The position numbers were made by a program, and so were the translations under genes. A stretch of 64,000 bases of DNA from Bacteroidota bacterium (lineage in GTDB: Bacteria; Bacteroidota; Bacteroidia; Bacteroidales; ML635J-15). Under the pieces are notes generated by a model. It saw only the letters and a program-made list of their open reading frames with translations. It had not been told where the DNA came from and searched no databases. The stretch spans positions 40,311-104,310 of the forward strand of contig JBNJGS010000001.1 in the NCBI GenBank assembly GCA_051747965.1, in the 5' to 3' direction. Shown piece after piece: positions 35,100 through 45,455 of the stretch (the first letter of the stretch is position 1; each line of letters opens with the position of its first letter).

Positions 35100-37460
35100 T
35101 TGAAATACATAAACAAACATAACAGGTTTTGGCTTAACATCGGCATTTTGTTTCTGCTGGTTGTCATGATTTCTTCATGCAAATCAACAAAGCTGGTACC
35201 GGAAGATGAATATTTGTTAAATCGGGTAGAAATAAGCAGTGACAATTCAAAACTTGATGAGGATGAGCTAAAGCCCAGTTTAAAACAACAGCCAAACCAA
35301 AAAACCCTTGGTTTGTTCCGCTTTCATCTGGCTGCCTACAATCTTTTCCATCCCAAAGACAGCAGCAAGGATTTCCCCAAATGGTTTACCAGAATAGGTG
35401 AAGTCATTGGAGAACCCCCAAGCATATACCAGCCATCATTGCATTATAAGAGCAAAAAAAATCTGCAAAACTATCTCGAACAACGGGGATATTATGAAGC
35501 CACGATTGAGGACAGCTTGATTGTCAATGAAAACCATCCTCAAAAAGCCCGGCTTATATTTGACATAAAGACAGGTCCGGCATATCGGATCAACAATTTG
35601 ACATATGATATCAGTGATCCTTTTGTCAAAGATATAATCCTGTCCGACACAAGCAACAGTCTGGTAAAAGAAGGGATGATTTTTGATTCCGAAAAGCTAC
35701 TGAAAGAGCGGGACAGGATTGTTCAGGTGATGAAAAATAAAGGGTATTATTATTTTTCTGATGAGAACATTCATTACTATGCTGACACCACAGAAAACAA
35801 GTATAAGGTAGATATCCGGCTAACGATAAAAAAATCTTTTGATGCGGACCGTTATTTTCTGGAAGAAATATTTACACCCCAGGAAATCAAGAAAGTTTAC
35901 TTCTACATCAATTTTGACAGAGGCGCATATGCTGTTGACAAGAAAAAATACCTGAACAGTCTTGATACCGTACAATACCTGGGCTTCACATTCCTTGTTG
36001 ACGGTGAGATGAAAATCAATAAGGATGTTATCCTGCAGGCCAATTATATCAAGCCAGGTCAAACATACAACCGGGAAAATGTTGTTTCCACGCAAAAGCA
36101 TCTGTCTTCACTGGGTCAGTTCAAGCTCATCAACATACAATTTCAGGAAAATACTGATCAGAGAAAGGATGTCTGGAATGCAGAAAACCCCTATCTGGAT
36201 GCTCACATCTTTCTGAGTCCTTCCTTGCGGCAATCTTATTCAATAACCACAGAAGGGACAAACTCCAGTGGAAATTACGGATTGGCCGGTGTTGTAACCT
36301 ACCAGAACAGAAATCTGCTAGGTGGTGCCGAACAATTCAGCACAAACCTCAGGGGATCTATGCAAACGCTGGTCGGTAGTGAAGGTCAGGACAGGTTTAT
36401 GAATACATTTGAGTTTGGTGCAGATTTCAAGCTGGATGTTCCCAAGCTCATGATTCCCCTTCAGAGTGAGCGCTTTGTCAAGGAGCATGATCCAAGAACA
36501 AATTTTGTTTTGTCATTCAACCACCAGAACCGTCCGGATTACACGCGTACATTGGGAAATGCCAGTTTCGGGTACACCTGGTTCAGCAAAAATGATTTTT
36601 ACCGGCACAGCATCAATCCGATTGAATATTACACAGTAAAGATTTTTGACTTTGATGAAGGATTCAGGCAGCAAATCGACTCCCTATATATCAGATACAG
36701 TTTTCAGGATCAGCTTATCACAGCCTTTAGTTATGACTTATTGTACAACAACCAGAACTATCGAAAAAATACTGACTACTGGTACATCTGGATGAATCTG
36801 GAGACATCGGGGAACTTGTTCCGCAGTTTGGGTCAATCCCTGGAATTACCACAAAACGAAGCCGATGCTTACAGTATTTTCAATCTTGAATTTGCCCAAT
36901 ATGTAAAAGCGGATTTTGATATTCGTTATAATCATATTATAGACAGGTCAAGAAGTCTGGTATCCCGGGTATATCTTGGTGCAGGACTGCCTTATGGCAA
37001 CTCAACCCAGGGATTGCCCTTTGTGAAGAAGTACTATATTGGCGGAGCCAATTCCATACGCGCGTGGCAGGTACGTACACTCGGACCAGGCTCCTACGAC
37101 GAGGGTTCTCTGTATAATCAGATTGCAGACATGAAACTACTTTTCAATCTGGAATACCGCTTTGATATCATTTCTTTCCTTGAAGGAGCCATATTCATGG
37201 ATGCAGGAAATATATGGGCCATAGATCCTTCCGATGACAGGGAGGGTGCATTATTCAAAACCGACAGATTTTACAAAGAAATAGCACTGGGCACAGGCAT
37301 TGGTTTCCGAATGGATTTTTCTTTCTTTATCTTAAGATTTGATTTCGGGATGCCACTTTACGATCCGGGATATCCTGAAGACGACCGCTGGCTTGCTGAA
37401 TTTGATGAGCTTGAGTTCAGCGACTTTACATTGAATTTTGGTATCGGATATCCTTTTTGA
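35100..37460 (+). CDS. BamA/TamA-family (surface antigen D15) outer membrane protein
   Basis: 786 aa with a TTG start. It has a lipoprotein-like signal (LLVVMISSCKS). The C-terminal Omp85 barrel pattern includes YIGGANSIRAW, FMDAGNIW and a terminal aromatic residue (GIGYPF). Confidence 0.7.
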   Translation: MKYINKHNRFWLNIGILFLLVVMISSCKSTKLVPEDEYLLNRVEISSDNSKLDEDELKPSLKQQPNQKTLGLFRFHLAAYNLFHPKDSSKDFPKWFTRIGEVIGEPPSIYQPSLHYKSKKNLQNYLEQRGYYEATIEDSLIVNENHPQKARLIFDIKTGPAYRINNLTYDISDPFVKDIILSDTSNSLVKEGMIFDSEKLLKERDRIVQVMKNKGYYYFSDENIHYYADTTENKYKVDIRLTIKKSFDADRYFLEEIFTPQEIKKVYFYINFDRGAYAVDKKKYLNSLDTVQYLGFTFLVDGEMKINKDVILQANYIKPGQTYNRENVVSTQKHLSSLGQFKLINIQFQENTDQRKDVWNAENPYLDAHIFLSPSLRQSYSITTEGTNSSGNYGLAGVVTYQNRNLLGGAEQFSTNLRGSMQTLVGSEGQDRFMNTFEFGADFKLDVPKLMIPLQSERFVKEHDPRTNFVLSFNHQNRPDYTRTLGNASFGYTWFSKNDFYRHSINPIEYYTVKIFDFDEGFRQQIDSLYIRYSFQDQLITAFSYDLLYNNQNYRKNTDYWYIWMNLETSGNLFRSLGQSLELPQNEADAYSIFNLEFAQYVKADFDIRYNHIIDRSRSLVSRVYLGAGLPYGNSTQGLPFVKKYYIGGANSIRAWQVRTLGPGSYDEGSLYNQIADMKLLFNLEYRFDIISFLEGAIFMDAGNIWAIDPSDDREGALFKTDRFYKEIALGTGIGFRMDFSFFILRFDFGMPLYDPGYPEDDRWLAEFDELEFSDFTLNFGIGYPF

Positions 37461-37594
37461 TTTCTTTGTACCATTCCTTCTCACATCATTCATTCTTTCC
37501 TGTTTGAATCACAATTATTGAGATTTTTAAAACAGTAGACCATCCAAATGCGTATTAGTAAGAAATAATGATAATATAAAACGGAGGAAAAACT

Positions 37595-37990
37595 ATGTAT
37601 GATTTTAAATGTCCACATTGCAATTCATTCTTGAATGTAGATGAGCAACTTATTTTGTCGGCTGAGAAGGCCAAAGGCGATAAAGGACTGGTACTGCTTA
37701 ACACAGAACCGGGGAGTTATGATGCAAAATATCATCCCGATTTCAGTCCGAAAGAAGGTGAGAAATTTTCCTTCAAATGTCCGGTATGTCATGCTGATCT
37801 TACATCAGACAAATCTGAAAATCTGGCAAAAGTTGTCATGGTAGATGAAAAAGGAAAGGAATATGACATTCATTTTTCCAAAATCAAGGGTGAAAAAAGT
37901 ACCTACAAAATTATTGGAGAAACAGTTGAAACCTATGGTACAGACAAGCAAAAGTACATCAACTTCTTCAATTTAAGCCAGTTAACCTGA
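37595..37990 (+). CDS. hypothetical small zinc-ribbon protein
   Basis: 131 aa with two CxxC pairs (CPHC, CPVC). GGAGGA lies 6 nt upstream of the ATG, and a hairpin terminator follows the gene. Confidence 0.55.
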   Translation: MYDFKCPHCNSFLNVDEQLILSAEKAKGDKGLVLLNTEPGSYDAKYHPDFSPKEGEKFSFKCPVCHADLTSDKSENLAKVVMVDEKGKEYDIHFSKIKGEKSTYKIIGETVETYGTDKQKYINFFNLSQLT

Positions 37991-37996
37991 TTTAAG

Positions 37997-38035
37997 ATAC
38001 AGCATCACATATCAAAAAGCATGCTGTACTTTTTT
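37997..38035 (+). terminator. rho-independent terminator
   Basis: The hairpin TACAGCAT...ATGCTGTA is followed by CTTTTTT. Confidence 0.55.
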
Positions 38036-38049
38036 CCGTCCGGTCCGGA

Positions 38050-39609
38050 TCAGGTCTGCTGTCTGCTTACAGCCTCAGCAGCATTGAGTCCATCCACGGC
38101 GGATGAAACAATACCACCGGCATAGCCCGCCCCTTCTCCGGCAGGATATAAGCCTTTACAAGCTGTGTATCCGAAGCTATCTTTGTCTCTGGGAATACGC
38201 ACAGGTGAGGAGGTGCGGCTCTCCATGCCGACAACCACTGCATCATTGGTGAGGAAGCCTTTCAGTGGCCGGTTGATTTTTTTAATACCATCGCGCAGGG
38301 CCTGAGAAAGAAATTCCGGCATCCAGAAATGCACGGGTGAAGAAACCATGCCAGGAGAATAGGATCCTTTGGGCAAATCAGCAGACAAATTTCCTCTGAC
38401 AAAATCGCCGAGCCGCTGAGCCGGAGCGATCAGGCCTTCAGCACCATTAAGATATGCCTGAGCTTCTGTTTCTTTCTGAAACTGCAGCCCTGCCAGTACA
38501 GACTGCTGCCCTGTGGCTTTATAAACATCATCCGGTGTAACTCCGGCCACCAGGCCTGCATTGGCCCATGGCAGATTGCGGCGTGAACCTGACATTCCAT
38601 TGACAACCAGGGCATTTTCTTCCGTGGATGCCGGGACAATGCTGCCTCCCGGGCACATACAAAAGCTAAAAACACCTCTGTCTCTGGTCTGCACAGCCAC
38701 ATTGTATTCGGCTGCAGGCAACTCCGGATGTTTGTATGCTTTACCGTAGCGAATTTTATTGATCAGCTCCTGGGGATGCTCAACACGTACACCCATGGCA
38801 AAAGACTTAGCCTCCAGCGGGAGTTTATTGTTGTCAAACCATTCGTAGATATCATGGGCAGAGTGCCCGGAAGCCAGTATGAGTGATGATGCTTTATACT
38901 GCTGTCCGTCTGCACAATTTGCAGCAGCAAAATTTCCGTTTTTGATTTCAAAGCCGGTAACCTGTGTATTGAAATGTATTTCACCTCCGGCATCCAGTAT
39001 GGCTCGTCTGATGTTTCCGATTATACCGGGAAGCTTGTCGGTACCGATGTGAGGACGGGCATCCACAAGAATATCATCCGGTGCGCCAAACTGATGGAGG
39101 ACATGCATCACATACTCTTTATCTCCCCGTTTTTTGGAGCGGGTGTATAGTTTCCCGTCAGAATAGGTGCCGGCACCTCCTTCTCCAAACGCATAATTCG
39201 AATTTGGATTTACTTTCTGATTGCGGTGAAGCGCAGCAATATCATGCTTTCTTTCTTCCACAGGTTTTCCGCGTTCGAGTATCACCGGTTTAAAGCCTTT
39301 CTCAATCAGTCTCATCGCTGCAAAGATACCTGCCGGCCCCATTCCGACAATCAACACTTCTTTTGACGTTTTAACATTTCGCGGCCTGAAGGATACATCA
39401 TGGGTCGCCGGAATATCCTGATCCAGGCTATAATTCAATTTGATATTATATTTTACCTTGTCCCCTCTTGCATCAAGAGAACGCTTTATCACCCGTACAG
39501 ATGTTATATCTTCAGGTTTTTTGTTTAGCTTTTTAGACAGGATTTTTTTGATTTCATCCGTCTTATTGTGTTGTCCGGGAAAACATGTAATCTGAATTTC
39601 TTTAATCAT
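38050..39609 (-). CDS. NAD(P)/FAD-dependent oxidoreductase (uncharacterized FAD-dependent dehydrogenase family)
   Basis: 519 aa. The dinucleotide fold is VLIVGMGPAGIFAA, followed by GGAGTYSDGKL and a C-terminal GEGAGYAGGI. Confidence 0.8.
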   Translation of the reverse strand: MIKEIQITCFPGQHNKTDEIKKILSKKLNKKPEDITSVRVIKRSLDARGDKVKYNIKLNYSLDQDIPATHDVSFRPRNVKTSKEVLIVGMGPAGIFAAMRLIEKGFKPVILERGKPVEERKHDIAALHRNQKVNPNSNYAFGEGGAGTYSDGKLYTRSKKRGDKEYVMHVLHQFGAPDDILVDARPHIGTDKLPGIIGNIRRAILDAGGEIHFNTQVTGFEIKNGNFAAANCADGQQYKASSLILASGHSAHDIYEWFDNNKLPLEAKSFAMGVRVEHPQELINKIRYGKAYKHPELPAAEYNVAVQTRDRGVFSFCMCPGGSIVPASTEENALVVNGMSGSRRNLPWANAGLVAGVTPDDVYKATGQQSVLAGLQFQKETEAQAYLNGAEGLIAPAQRLGDFVRGNLSADLPKGSYSPGMVSSPVHFWMPEFLSQALRDGIKKINRPLKGFLTNDAVVVGMESRTSSPVRIPRDKDSFGYTACKGLYPAGEGAGYAGGIVSSAVDGLNAAEAVSRQQT

Positions 39610-39691
39610 AAACTGATATTCTTTTTTAGGTAGCCGGGTAATTTGTGGAATAATTATCTGTGCAGGTGATTCTGATCATTGATTGGTGGGC

Positions 39692-40444
39692 TTAATCACT
39701 AAACCAACTGAGTCCATCAATTTTTCCTCCTTCGAAATGAAATGATATAATCAGCATTTTTGAATTCAGGCTCTCAAAATAATTGGTGTATTCTGTATTA
39801 TCGTAATTCACTGCGTTCAATGCACCAAAAGCACCTTTCACCTCGACTGCGAACATAAAATACTCAAGAAAAAAGTCCACACCCAGGCCGATTTCATAAT
39901 ATGCGTCCATTCTTCTTAACCTGATTTTGGGTTTATCAGCGGGATCAATTTTGCGCTGTGCGGCGAGGTCGTATCTCAGGCTGCCACCTCCTATCAGGAA
40001 AGGCCGAAAGTTGTTGTAACGTTCTGCCCGGTATTTCAGCAATACAGGAAAATCCAGGAAAGTTGACTCTAATCGCATGACGTGTTTTTTATACACCCCA
40101 TTCTTTTTGAGTTTGTATTCCAGATCCCTCTGTCCGAAATTCAGTCCGGGATTAAATCGCAAATCCAGGTAATTTGCCAGCCTGAGGTTAGCAATCATAT
40201 TGATATTGAAACCCACATAGGACTTATTCTCAACAGCATAAACAGTATCAAAATTATAAAATTCAGCTGCAGGTTTCAGGGTAAAGTCCATCACATTCAG
40301 CCCCAGGCTATAACCGAAATGTGCTGGTTGCATATCAAGCTTTGGCAGATTCCTTGGCCGTCGTTGCTGAGCCGTTGCAAGGGAAACAAAAAAGAGCAAC
40401 AAGAATGCAGATAAGCCAAGATATGTAAACCATTTTTTCAACAT
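39692..40444 (-). CDS. PorT/SprT-like outer membrane beta-barrel protein (T9SS-associated family)
   Basis: 250 aa. A signal peptide is followed by LPKLDMQPAHFGYSLGLNVMDF, which resembles the PorT family N-terminus. The rest shows an alternating beta-strand pattern. Confidence 0.55.
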   Translation of the reverse strand: MLKKWFTYLGLSAFLLLFFVSLATAQQRRPRNLPKLDMQPAHFGYSLGLNVMDFTLKPAAEFYNFDTVYAVENKSYVGFNINMIANLRLANYLDLRFNPGLNFGQRDLEYKLKKNGVYKKHVMRLESTFLDFPVLLKYRAERYNNFRPFLIGGGSLRYDLAAQRKIDPADKPKIRLRRMDAYYEIGLGVDFFLEYFMFAVEVKGAFGALNAVNYDNTEYTNYFESLNSKMLIISFHFEGGKIDGLSWFSD

Positions 40445-40680
40445 GTGTTCTTATTAACAATCAAAAGCAAATATTAGTATGTACATGCTATATTATTTTG
40501 GGGCAAATATAAAGCTTTCCAAATGATTTTAAGCCATTGAGCAGAAATTATGGATCAAATGATAGTATGGTCATAGCGGATTCCTCACACGGGCTGCAGC
40601 AGCAATGGTTCAGAATATCAATCATCTGTAACACTTTCATGCTTGTCAGCAGTTTTAATTTCCGGCAACAAATAATTACA

Positions 40681-40688
40681 TACTTTTG
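40681..40688 (+). promoter_or_regulatory. candidate -7 box (TACTTTTG) upstream of the TonB-dependent receptor
   Basis: It matches TAnnTTTG and lies 33 nt upstream of ATG 40721. Confidence 0.4.
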
Positions 40689-40720
40689 CCAACGATTAAT
40701 AAAAACAAAATTATCATCCT

Positions 40721-42823
40721 ATGACAGCACAATTTGCAAGAAGAAAAGAGACAATTCACTTCACACAGTGGAGCAGAAAGTCTTATGCTGTCTTTCAATC
40801 TCTGGGAAAGATTGTTCACATCGGAGTTATTCTGGTATCCTACAGTTTGATTGCTCCTGAAGCGAAGGCACAGGAATCAGCTGAGAATACTCATCCCTCC
40901 GAAGAAACGGACACCCTCCCTGAGGTTGAAATCACGACATCAGAACCGGGTGTCATGATGGGGCTCATCGACGTACCCACACTCAGCACGCAGCCTGAGC
41001 AAGCGGGTACAGAAGATGCAAGCGAACTGGCCCTGAAATTACCCGGAACTGATATCAGACAGCGGGGAATTAACGGAGTACAGGGCGACATCAGCATCCG
41101 CGGAAGCTCACCCGAACAAGTACAGGTTTTACTGAACGGAGTTTTGTTAAACGACTCTCAGACCGGGCATCACAATCTCAACCTGCCGGTATCCGCCATC
41201 AGCATCCACAATTTGCAGCGGTATTCACCGGCAACTGGCCAGCAGGCGGGCAGTGATGCTTTCAGCGGAAGCCTGAATTTTATGAATAGTCTGACACAAA
41301 AGGAAGGCATCAGGTTATGGCTCACCGGTGGTCAGCATAAGTATATTGACATCAGTGCTGCCGGAGATTTTCACACGGGCAGGGTCATCCATCATTTGGC
41401 TGTCAGCCACAAATCTTCTGAGGGGCATTCTGACAACACGGATTTCTCACGCCAAAACGTTTATTATCACAGTAGAGCAAGCATTACAAACAAGCTTTCT
41501 GCTGATATACAGGCCGGATACCTCAACAAGTCTTTTGGTGCCGAGGGATTTTACAGTGATGCCTATCCCACACAATTTGAGGCAATCCAAACCAGCCTGA
41601 TAAGCGGTCGGATTCAGAAATCCGGAAAGGTCAGGTTGTCAGCAACAGCCTGGTACAGACAGAATAATGATCGTTTTGAACTTTTCAGGGAGAGTCTGTA
41701 TGCAGAGGACGAGGGGTACTATATCTACGGAGATGATACAGCCAGATATATTCCCGGGGTATATGAAAGCTGGAATTATTACAGCGGGCACAATTATCAC
41801 CGCACACGCCTGGGAGGATATCGCTTTGATGTTTCTGCGAGCACCGGCATCGGTCAGTTCAAAGCCGGCATCAATCACCGTCATGAAGAAATTGTCAGCA
41901 ATGTTTTGGGCAAACCTAATCCTGAGCCCATGCCTGTAACAGGAGAACCAGAAGCCATATATAGCAGGCAGGCTGTCAGGGACCAGATAAATGCAGCACT
42001 TACCTGGCAAAGCCCTGAGCTACTAGGATTCACTGCAAGTCTGAGTGGTCTCATGCACAGTACCGGCACATATGGCACTTATTATTATGGAGGAGCCAGG
42101 CTGCAATACAGACCAACGGCCGGGATAAGTCTGTGGTCAGGCATCAACCAAAGCATGCGTTTGCCCACTTTCACAGACCTCTATTATAATGGTCCGAGCA
42201 ATCAGGGCAATCCGGAATTGTTGCCGGAAGAAGCTGTCAATTATGAACTGGGGATATATGCAAAGTCAGGCGATTGGAATCTCAGGAATCAGCTTTTTCA
42301 TCAGGCAGGCAAAAACATGATAGACTGGGTCAGAAGACCGGAAGAGACACAATACACAACGATGAATTATACGCGGATGAACACAATCGGTAATGAACTG
42401 AGTCTGCAGTGGCGTCCTTCAGCTAATCAGGCAGTATCCAACTGGATTACTTCCTTTGATTTTCACTATACTTTTATGATCAGAGATAAAGAAGAGCAGG
42501 ACAGTCTGATATCGGCTTATGCTTTGGATTACCTCAGACATCAGGCAGGCCTGGGCGCAAATCACAAACTCGGGAAAAGCGACTTTTGCTTTTCCTGGCG
42601 GATAAGATTCAATGACAGACAAGGCAGTTACACGCTTTCCGGTAAAGAGTACAGTTATGATATGTACATCCTGGCTGATGTAAAAATTGCATACCACAAA
42701 AAGTCATGGACAGCATTTATCGCGGCTGACAACATTACTGATGAGCGGATGCGGGATTTTGGCAACATCAGGCTGGCAGGTCGCTGGATAAAGGCGGGCA
42801 TCAGGCTGTTTATTGAAAAATAA
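40721..42823 (+). CDS. TonB-dependent receptor
   Basis: 700 aa. The plug region reads LPGTDIRQRGINGVQGDISIRGSSPEQVQVLLNGVLLND. A long beta-barrel follows, and the C-terminus has a terminal aromatic context. Confidence 0.85.
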   Translation: MTAQFARRKETIHFTQWSRKSYAVFQSLGKIVHIGVILVSYSLIAPEAKAQESAENTHPSEETDTLPEVEITTSEPGVMMGLIDVPTLSTQPEQAGTEDASELALKLPGTDIRQRGINGVQGDISIRGSSPEQVQVLLNGVLLNDSQTGHHNLNLPVSAISIHNLQRYSPATGQQAGSDAFSGSLNFMNSLTQKEGIRLWLTGGQHKYIDISAAGDFHTGRVIHHLAVSHKSSEGHSDNTDFSRQNVYYHSRASITNKLSADIQAGYLNKSFGAEGFYSDAYPTQFEAIQTSLISGRIQKSGKVRLSATAWYRQNNDRFELFRESLYAEDEGYYIYGDDTARYIPGVYESWNYYSGHNYHRTRLGGYRFDVSASTGIGQFKAGINHRHEEIVSNVLGKPNPEPMPVTGEPEAIYSRQAVRDQINAALTWQSPELLGFTASLSGLMHSTGTYGTYYYGGARLQYRPTAGISLWSGINQSMRLPTFTDLYYNGPSNQGNPELLPEEAVNYELGIYAKSGDWNLRNQLFHQAGKNMIDWVRRPEETQYTTMNYTRMNTIGNELSLQWRPSANQAVSNWITSFDFHYTFMIRDKEEQDSLISAYALDYLRHQAGLGANHKLGKSDFCFSWRIRFNDRQGSYTLSGKEYSYDMYILADVKIAYHKKSWTAFIAADNITDERMRDFGNIRLAGRWIKAGIRLFIEK

Positions 42824-42874
42824 AACTTATCAAAAATATTTCAACAAATTTTTTGCCAATTAAAATTCTTTTTA

Positions 42875-42882
42875 TACTTTTG
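42875..42882 (+). promoter_or_regulatory. candidate -7 box (TACTTTTG) with upstream TTTG for rplU-rpmA
   Basis: TACTTTTG is at 42875-42882 and TTTG at 42852-42855, giving 19-nt spacing. This matches the Bacteroides TTTG/TAnnTTTG promoter layout. Confidence 0.5.
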
Positions 42883-42920
42883 CAATCCAATCTGTTGAAG
42901 CACTTTATAAAATAAAAACA

Positions 42921-43232
42921 ATGTACGCAATAGTAGAGATCGCAGGACAACAATTTAAAGTTGAAAACAAAACAAAATTATTTGTACACCGTCTGGAAAC
43001 AGAGGAAGGCAAAGACATTGAATTTGACAAAGTTCTTTTGGTAGCAAACGATGGCAAATATAAAGTTGGCAAACCACACGTTAAGGATGCCCTTGTAAAA
43101 GCAAAAGTTGTATCACACCAGAAAGGTGAGAAAGTTCTTGTTTTCAAGAAGAAAAGAAGAAAAGGATACCAGACATTGAATGGACATCGTCAGCAATTCA
43201 CAGAATTGCAAATTGAAGATATTGTTGCATAA
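42921..43232 (+). CDS. rplU: 50S ribosomal protein L21
   Basis: 103 aa. [15 protein letters not shown]...GHRQQFTEL is a typical bL21 sequence. Confidence 0.95.
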   Translation: MYAIVEIAGQQFKVENKTKLFVHRLETEEGKDIEFDKVLLVANDGKYKVGKPHVKDALVKAKVVSHQKGEKVLVFKKKRRKGYQTLNGHRQQFTELQIEDIVA

Positions 43233-43249
43233 AGTAAAAATATTGTCAT

Positions 43250-43519
43250 ATGGCACATAAAAAAGGAGTTGGTAGTTCAAGAAACGGTCGTGAATCGGAA
43301 AGCAAACGATTGGGTGTAAAACTGTTTGGTGGTGAAATGGCCATTGCAGGAAACATTATCGTTCGTCAAAGAGGCACAAAGCACTACCCTGGCAAAAATG
43401 TCAAAAAAGGAAAAGATGATACATTGTATGCTATCAGTGATGGCATTGTAACATTTAACAAAAAGCGCAATAATCGTTCTTACGTTTCTATCGAACCAGT
43501 TGCGGGAGAAGAAAAATAA
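43250..43519 (+). CDS. rpmA: 50S ribosomal protein L27
   Basis: 89 aa. [24 protein letters not shown]...IIVRQRGTK is a typical bL27 sequence. Confidence 0.95.
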   Translation: MAHKKGVGSSRNGRESESKRLGVKLFGGEMAIAGNIIVRQRGTKHYPGKNVKKGKDDTLYAISDGIVTFNKKRNNRSYVSIEPVAGEEK

Positions 43520-43541
43520 GCATTAAAGCAAATAAACGATT

Positions 43542-43593
43542 AAAAATCTCCTGTTTTTTCTAATTTCGCGGAAAGAACAGGAGATTTTTATTT
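43542..43593 (+). terminator. rho-independent terminator after rpmA
   Basis: A 14-bp perfect stem (AAAAATCTCCTGTT / AACAGGAGATTTTT) is followed by a T-run. Confidence 0.75.
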
Positions 43594-43606
43594 AACAGAC
43601 AAAGGT

Positions 43607-44884
43607 ATGTTAAACATAAAGACCATCAGAGACAATAAATCTCTGCTTATTGAGCGATTAAAAATCAAGAATTTTGATGCTGCGGAAATCATTGAAGATC
43701 TTTTACAGACAGATGAAGAACGCAAGAAGCTGCAGTCAGAAAATGACAAACTTCTGGCAGAGCAAAAGCAGATATCAAAATCTATTGGTCAGTTATTTAA
43801 GGAAGGCAAAGCTGAAGAGGCCAACGCAGCCAGGCAAAAGACCGGTGAATTGAAGGGTAAAATCCAGGACAACACCCAAAAACTCAAGGAGCTGGAAGAA
43901 AAGCAAAGCAAATTGCTTTCAGATATACCAAACATTCCTCATGAAACGGTCAGGGCCGGAAAATCTGACGAAGACAATGAAGAGGTTTCAAGGCATGGTA
44001 AAATCAGCGAACCGGAAATCAAGAAGCCACACTGGGAAACCATCAGTGAATATGACATCATTGATTTTGACATGGGAAACAAAATCACAGGTGCCGGTTT
44101 TCCTGTTTACAAGGGTAAAGGAGCAAAATTGCAGCGTTCTTTGATAAGCTTCTTTCTGGATGAAGGGGAAAAAGCCGGCTATGAAGAAGTTTTGCCCCCT
44201 CTGCTTGTAAATGAAGCCAGTGGCTTTGGCACAGGCCAGCTACCCGATAAGGACGGACAGATGTACGAGGTAAAAGAGGACAAGTATTATCTTATTCCCA
44301 CTGCCGAAGTACCTGTTACCAATATTTACCGTGATGAGATTCTGGCTGCAGATGACTTGCCATCAAAACGCATGGCCTATTCTGCCTGTTTCAGGCGTGA
44401 AGCCGGCAGCTGGGGTTCACATGTACGCGGTCTCAACCGTCTGCATCAGTTTGATAAAGTAGAAATAGTCCGTGTGGAGGCGCCGGAAAAATCCTATGCA
44501 GCCCTGGAAGACATGAAAAAGCATGTTGCGGGCTTACTAGAAAAACTTGAGCTTCCCTACCGCATTCTCAGGCTTTGTGGCGGAGACCTCAGTTTTACAT
44601 CCGCGCTCACTTTTGATTTTGAAGTGTATTCTGCCGGGCAGGATCGATGGCTTGAAGTCAGCTCAGTTTCCAATTTTGAGGATTATCAGGCCAACAGGCT
44701 TAAGCTCAGATACCGGGATCCGGACACAAAGAAACCCAGAATTGCCCACACCCTCAACGGAAGTGCACTTGCTCTTCCCAGAATTATGGCAGCCATTATT
44801 GAAAACAATTTAACGGCAAAGGGCATCGTTATACCTGAAGTCTTACGTCAGTACACCAATTTTGACATCATTGAAAGAAAATAG
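43607..44884 (+). CDS. serS: serine--tRNA ligase
   Basis: 425 aa. It has an N-terminal coiled-coil arm and class II motifs (FRREAGS, GSALALPR). Confidence 0.93.
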   Translation: MLNIKTIRDNKSLLIERLKIKNFDAAEIIEDLLQTDEERKKLQSENDKLLAEQKQISKSIGQLFKEGKAEEANAARQKTGELKGKIQDNTQKLKELEEKQSKLLSDIPNIPHETVRAGKSDEDNEEVSRHGKISEPEIKKPHWETISEYDIIDFDMGNKITGAGFPVYKGKGAKLQRSLISFFLDEGEKAGYEEVLPPLLVNEASGFGTGQLPDKDGQMYEVKEDKYYLIPTAEVPVTNIYRDEILAADDLPSKRMAYSACFRREAGSWGSHVRGLNRLHQFDKVEIVRVEAPEKSYAALEDMKKHVAGLLEKLELPYRILRLCGGDLSFTSALTFDFEVYSAGQDRWLEVSSVSNFEDYQANRLKLRYRDPDTKKPRIAHTLNGSALALPRIMAAIIENNLTAKGIVIPEVLRQYTNFDIIERK

Positions 44885-44888
44885 CATT

Positions 44889-45455
44889 ATGAAAACAAAG
44901 GTATTTATTCTTATTGTTACGTTTACACTGGCGCTGTTTGCCTGTAAATCTGAAAAGGAGAAAGAAGCACTGAACACGCTTGGTAATTTAATTGAGCAAA
45001 ACAAGTCAACTGAAGATATGCTCAACGGTGAAATTCTGGACTCCGTACTGGCATATCAGGATTCACTGGACCAGCTTCATGATGATATCACAGGAAGAAA
45101 AATTGACAAGCTTCCTGAGAATCAAAACCTGGTAACGGCTTATCATGCCACAAGCAATGCAGAAAAAATACTGGGACATTACACAAACAGATACCTGGAT
45201 AAGTTCAATGAAAAAATTGAAGCTTCGAACGCCCAGCTTGAGGACCTTCGTCATGATATTGACAAGGGCTTACTGGAAGACAGTCTGATAAATGAATACA
45301 TCAGCAAAGAAGATTCTGTTGTCCAGATGCTTCATCGCGGCGCCAAATCCCAGATCAGTTTTGCACGTCAGCAGTTTACGGCATACGAAAACAACAAAGA
45401 AAAGGTAAAAGAATTCATTAAGAGTCTGGAAGCAGAGAACAATTTGGATGAATAA
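44889..45455 (+). CDS. hypothetical lipoprotein
   Basis: ATG 44889 gives MKTKVFILIVTFTLALFACKSE, a lipobox. The track start at 44862 would overlap the serS stop. The body is helical. Confidence 0.55.
   Translation: MKTKVFILIVTFTLALFACKSEKEKEALNTLGNLIEQNKSTEDMLNGEILDSVLAYQDSLDQLHDDITGRKIDKLPENQNLVTAYHATSNAEKILGHYTNRYLDKFNEKIEASNAQLEDLRHDIDKGLLEDSLINEYISKEDSVVQMLHRGAKSQISFARQQFTAYENNKEKVKEFIKSLEAENNLDE

Noticed and set aside
40445-40720. A possible cobalamin or TPP riboswitch in the 276-bp leader of the small TonB-dependent receptor.
   Set aside because: I could not find a B12 box (GCCACTG context), the TPP CTGAGA/ACCTGA elements, or any convincing stem architecture. The region is AT-rich and has only a promoter-like TACTTTTG.
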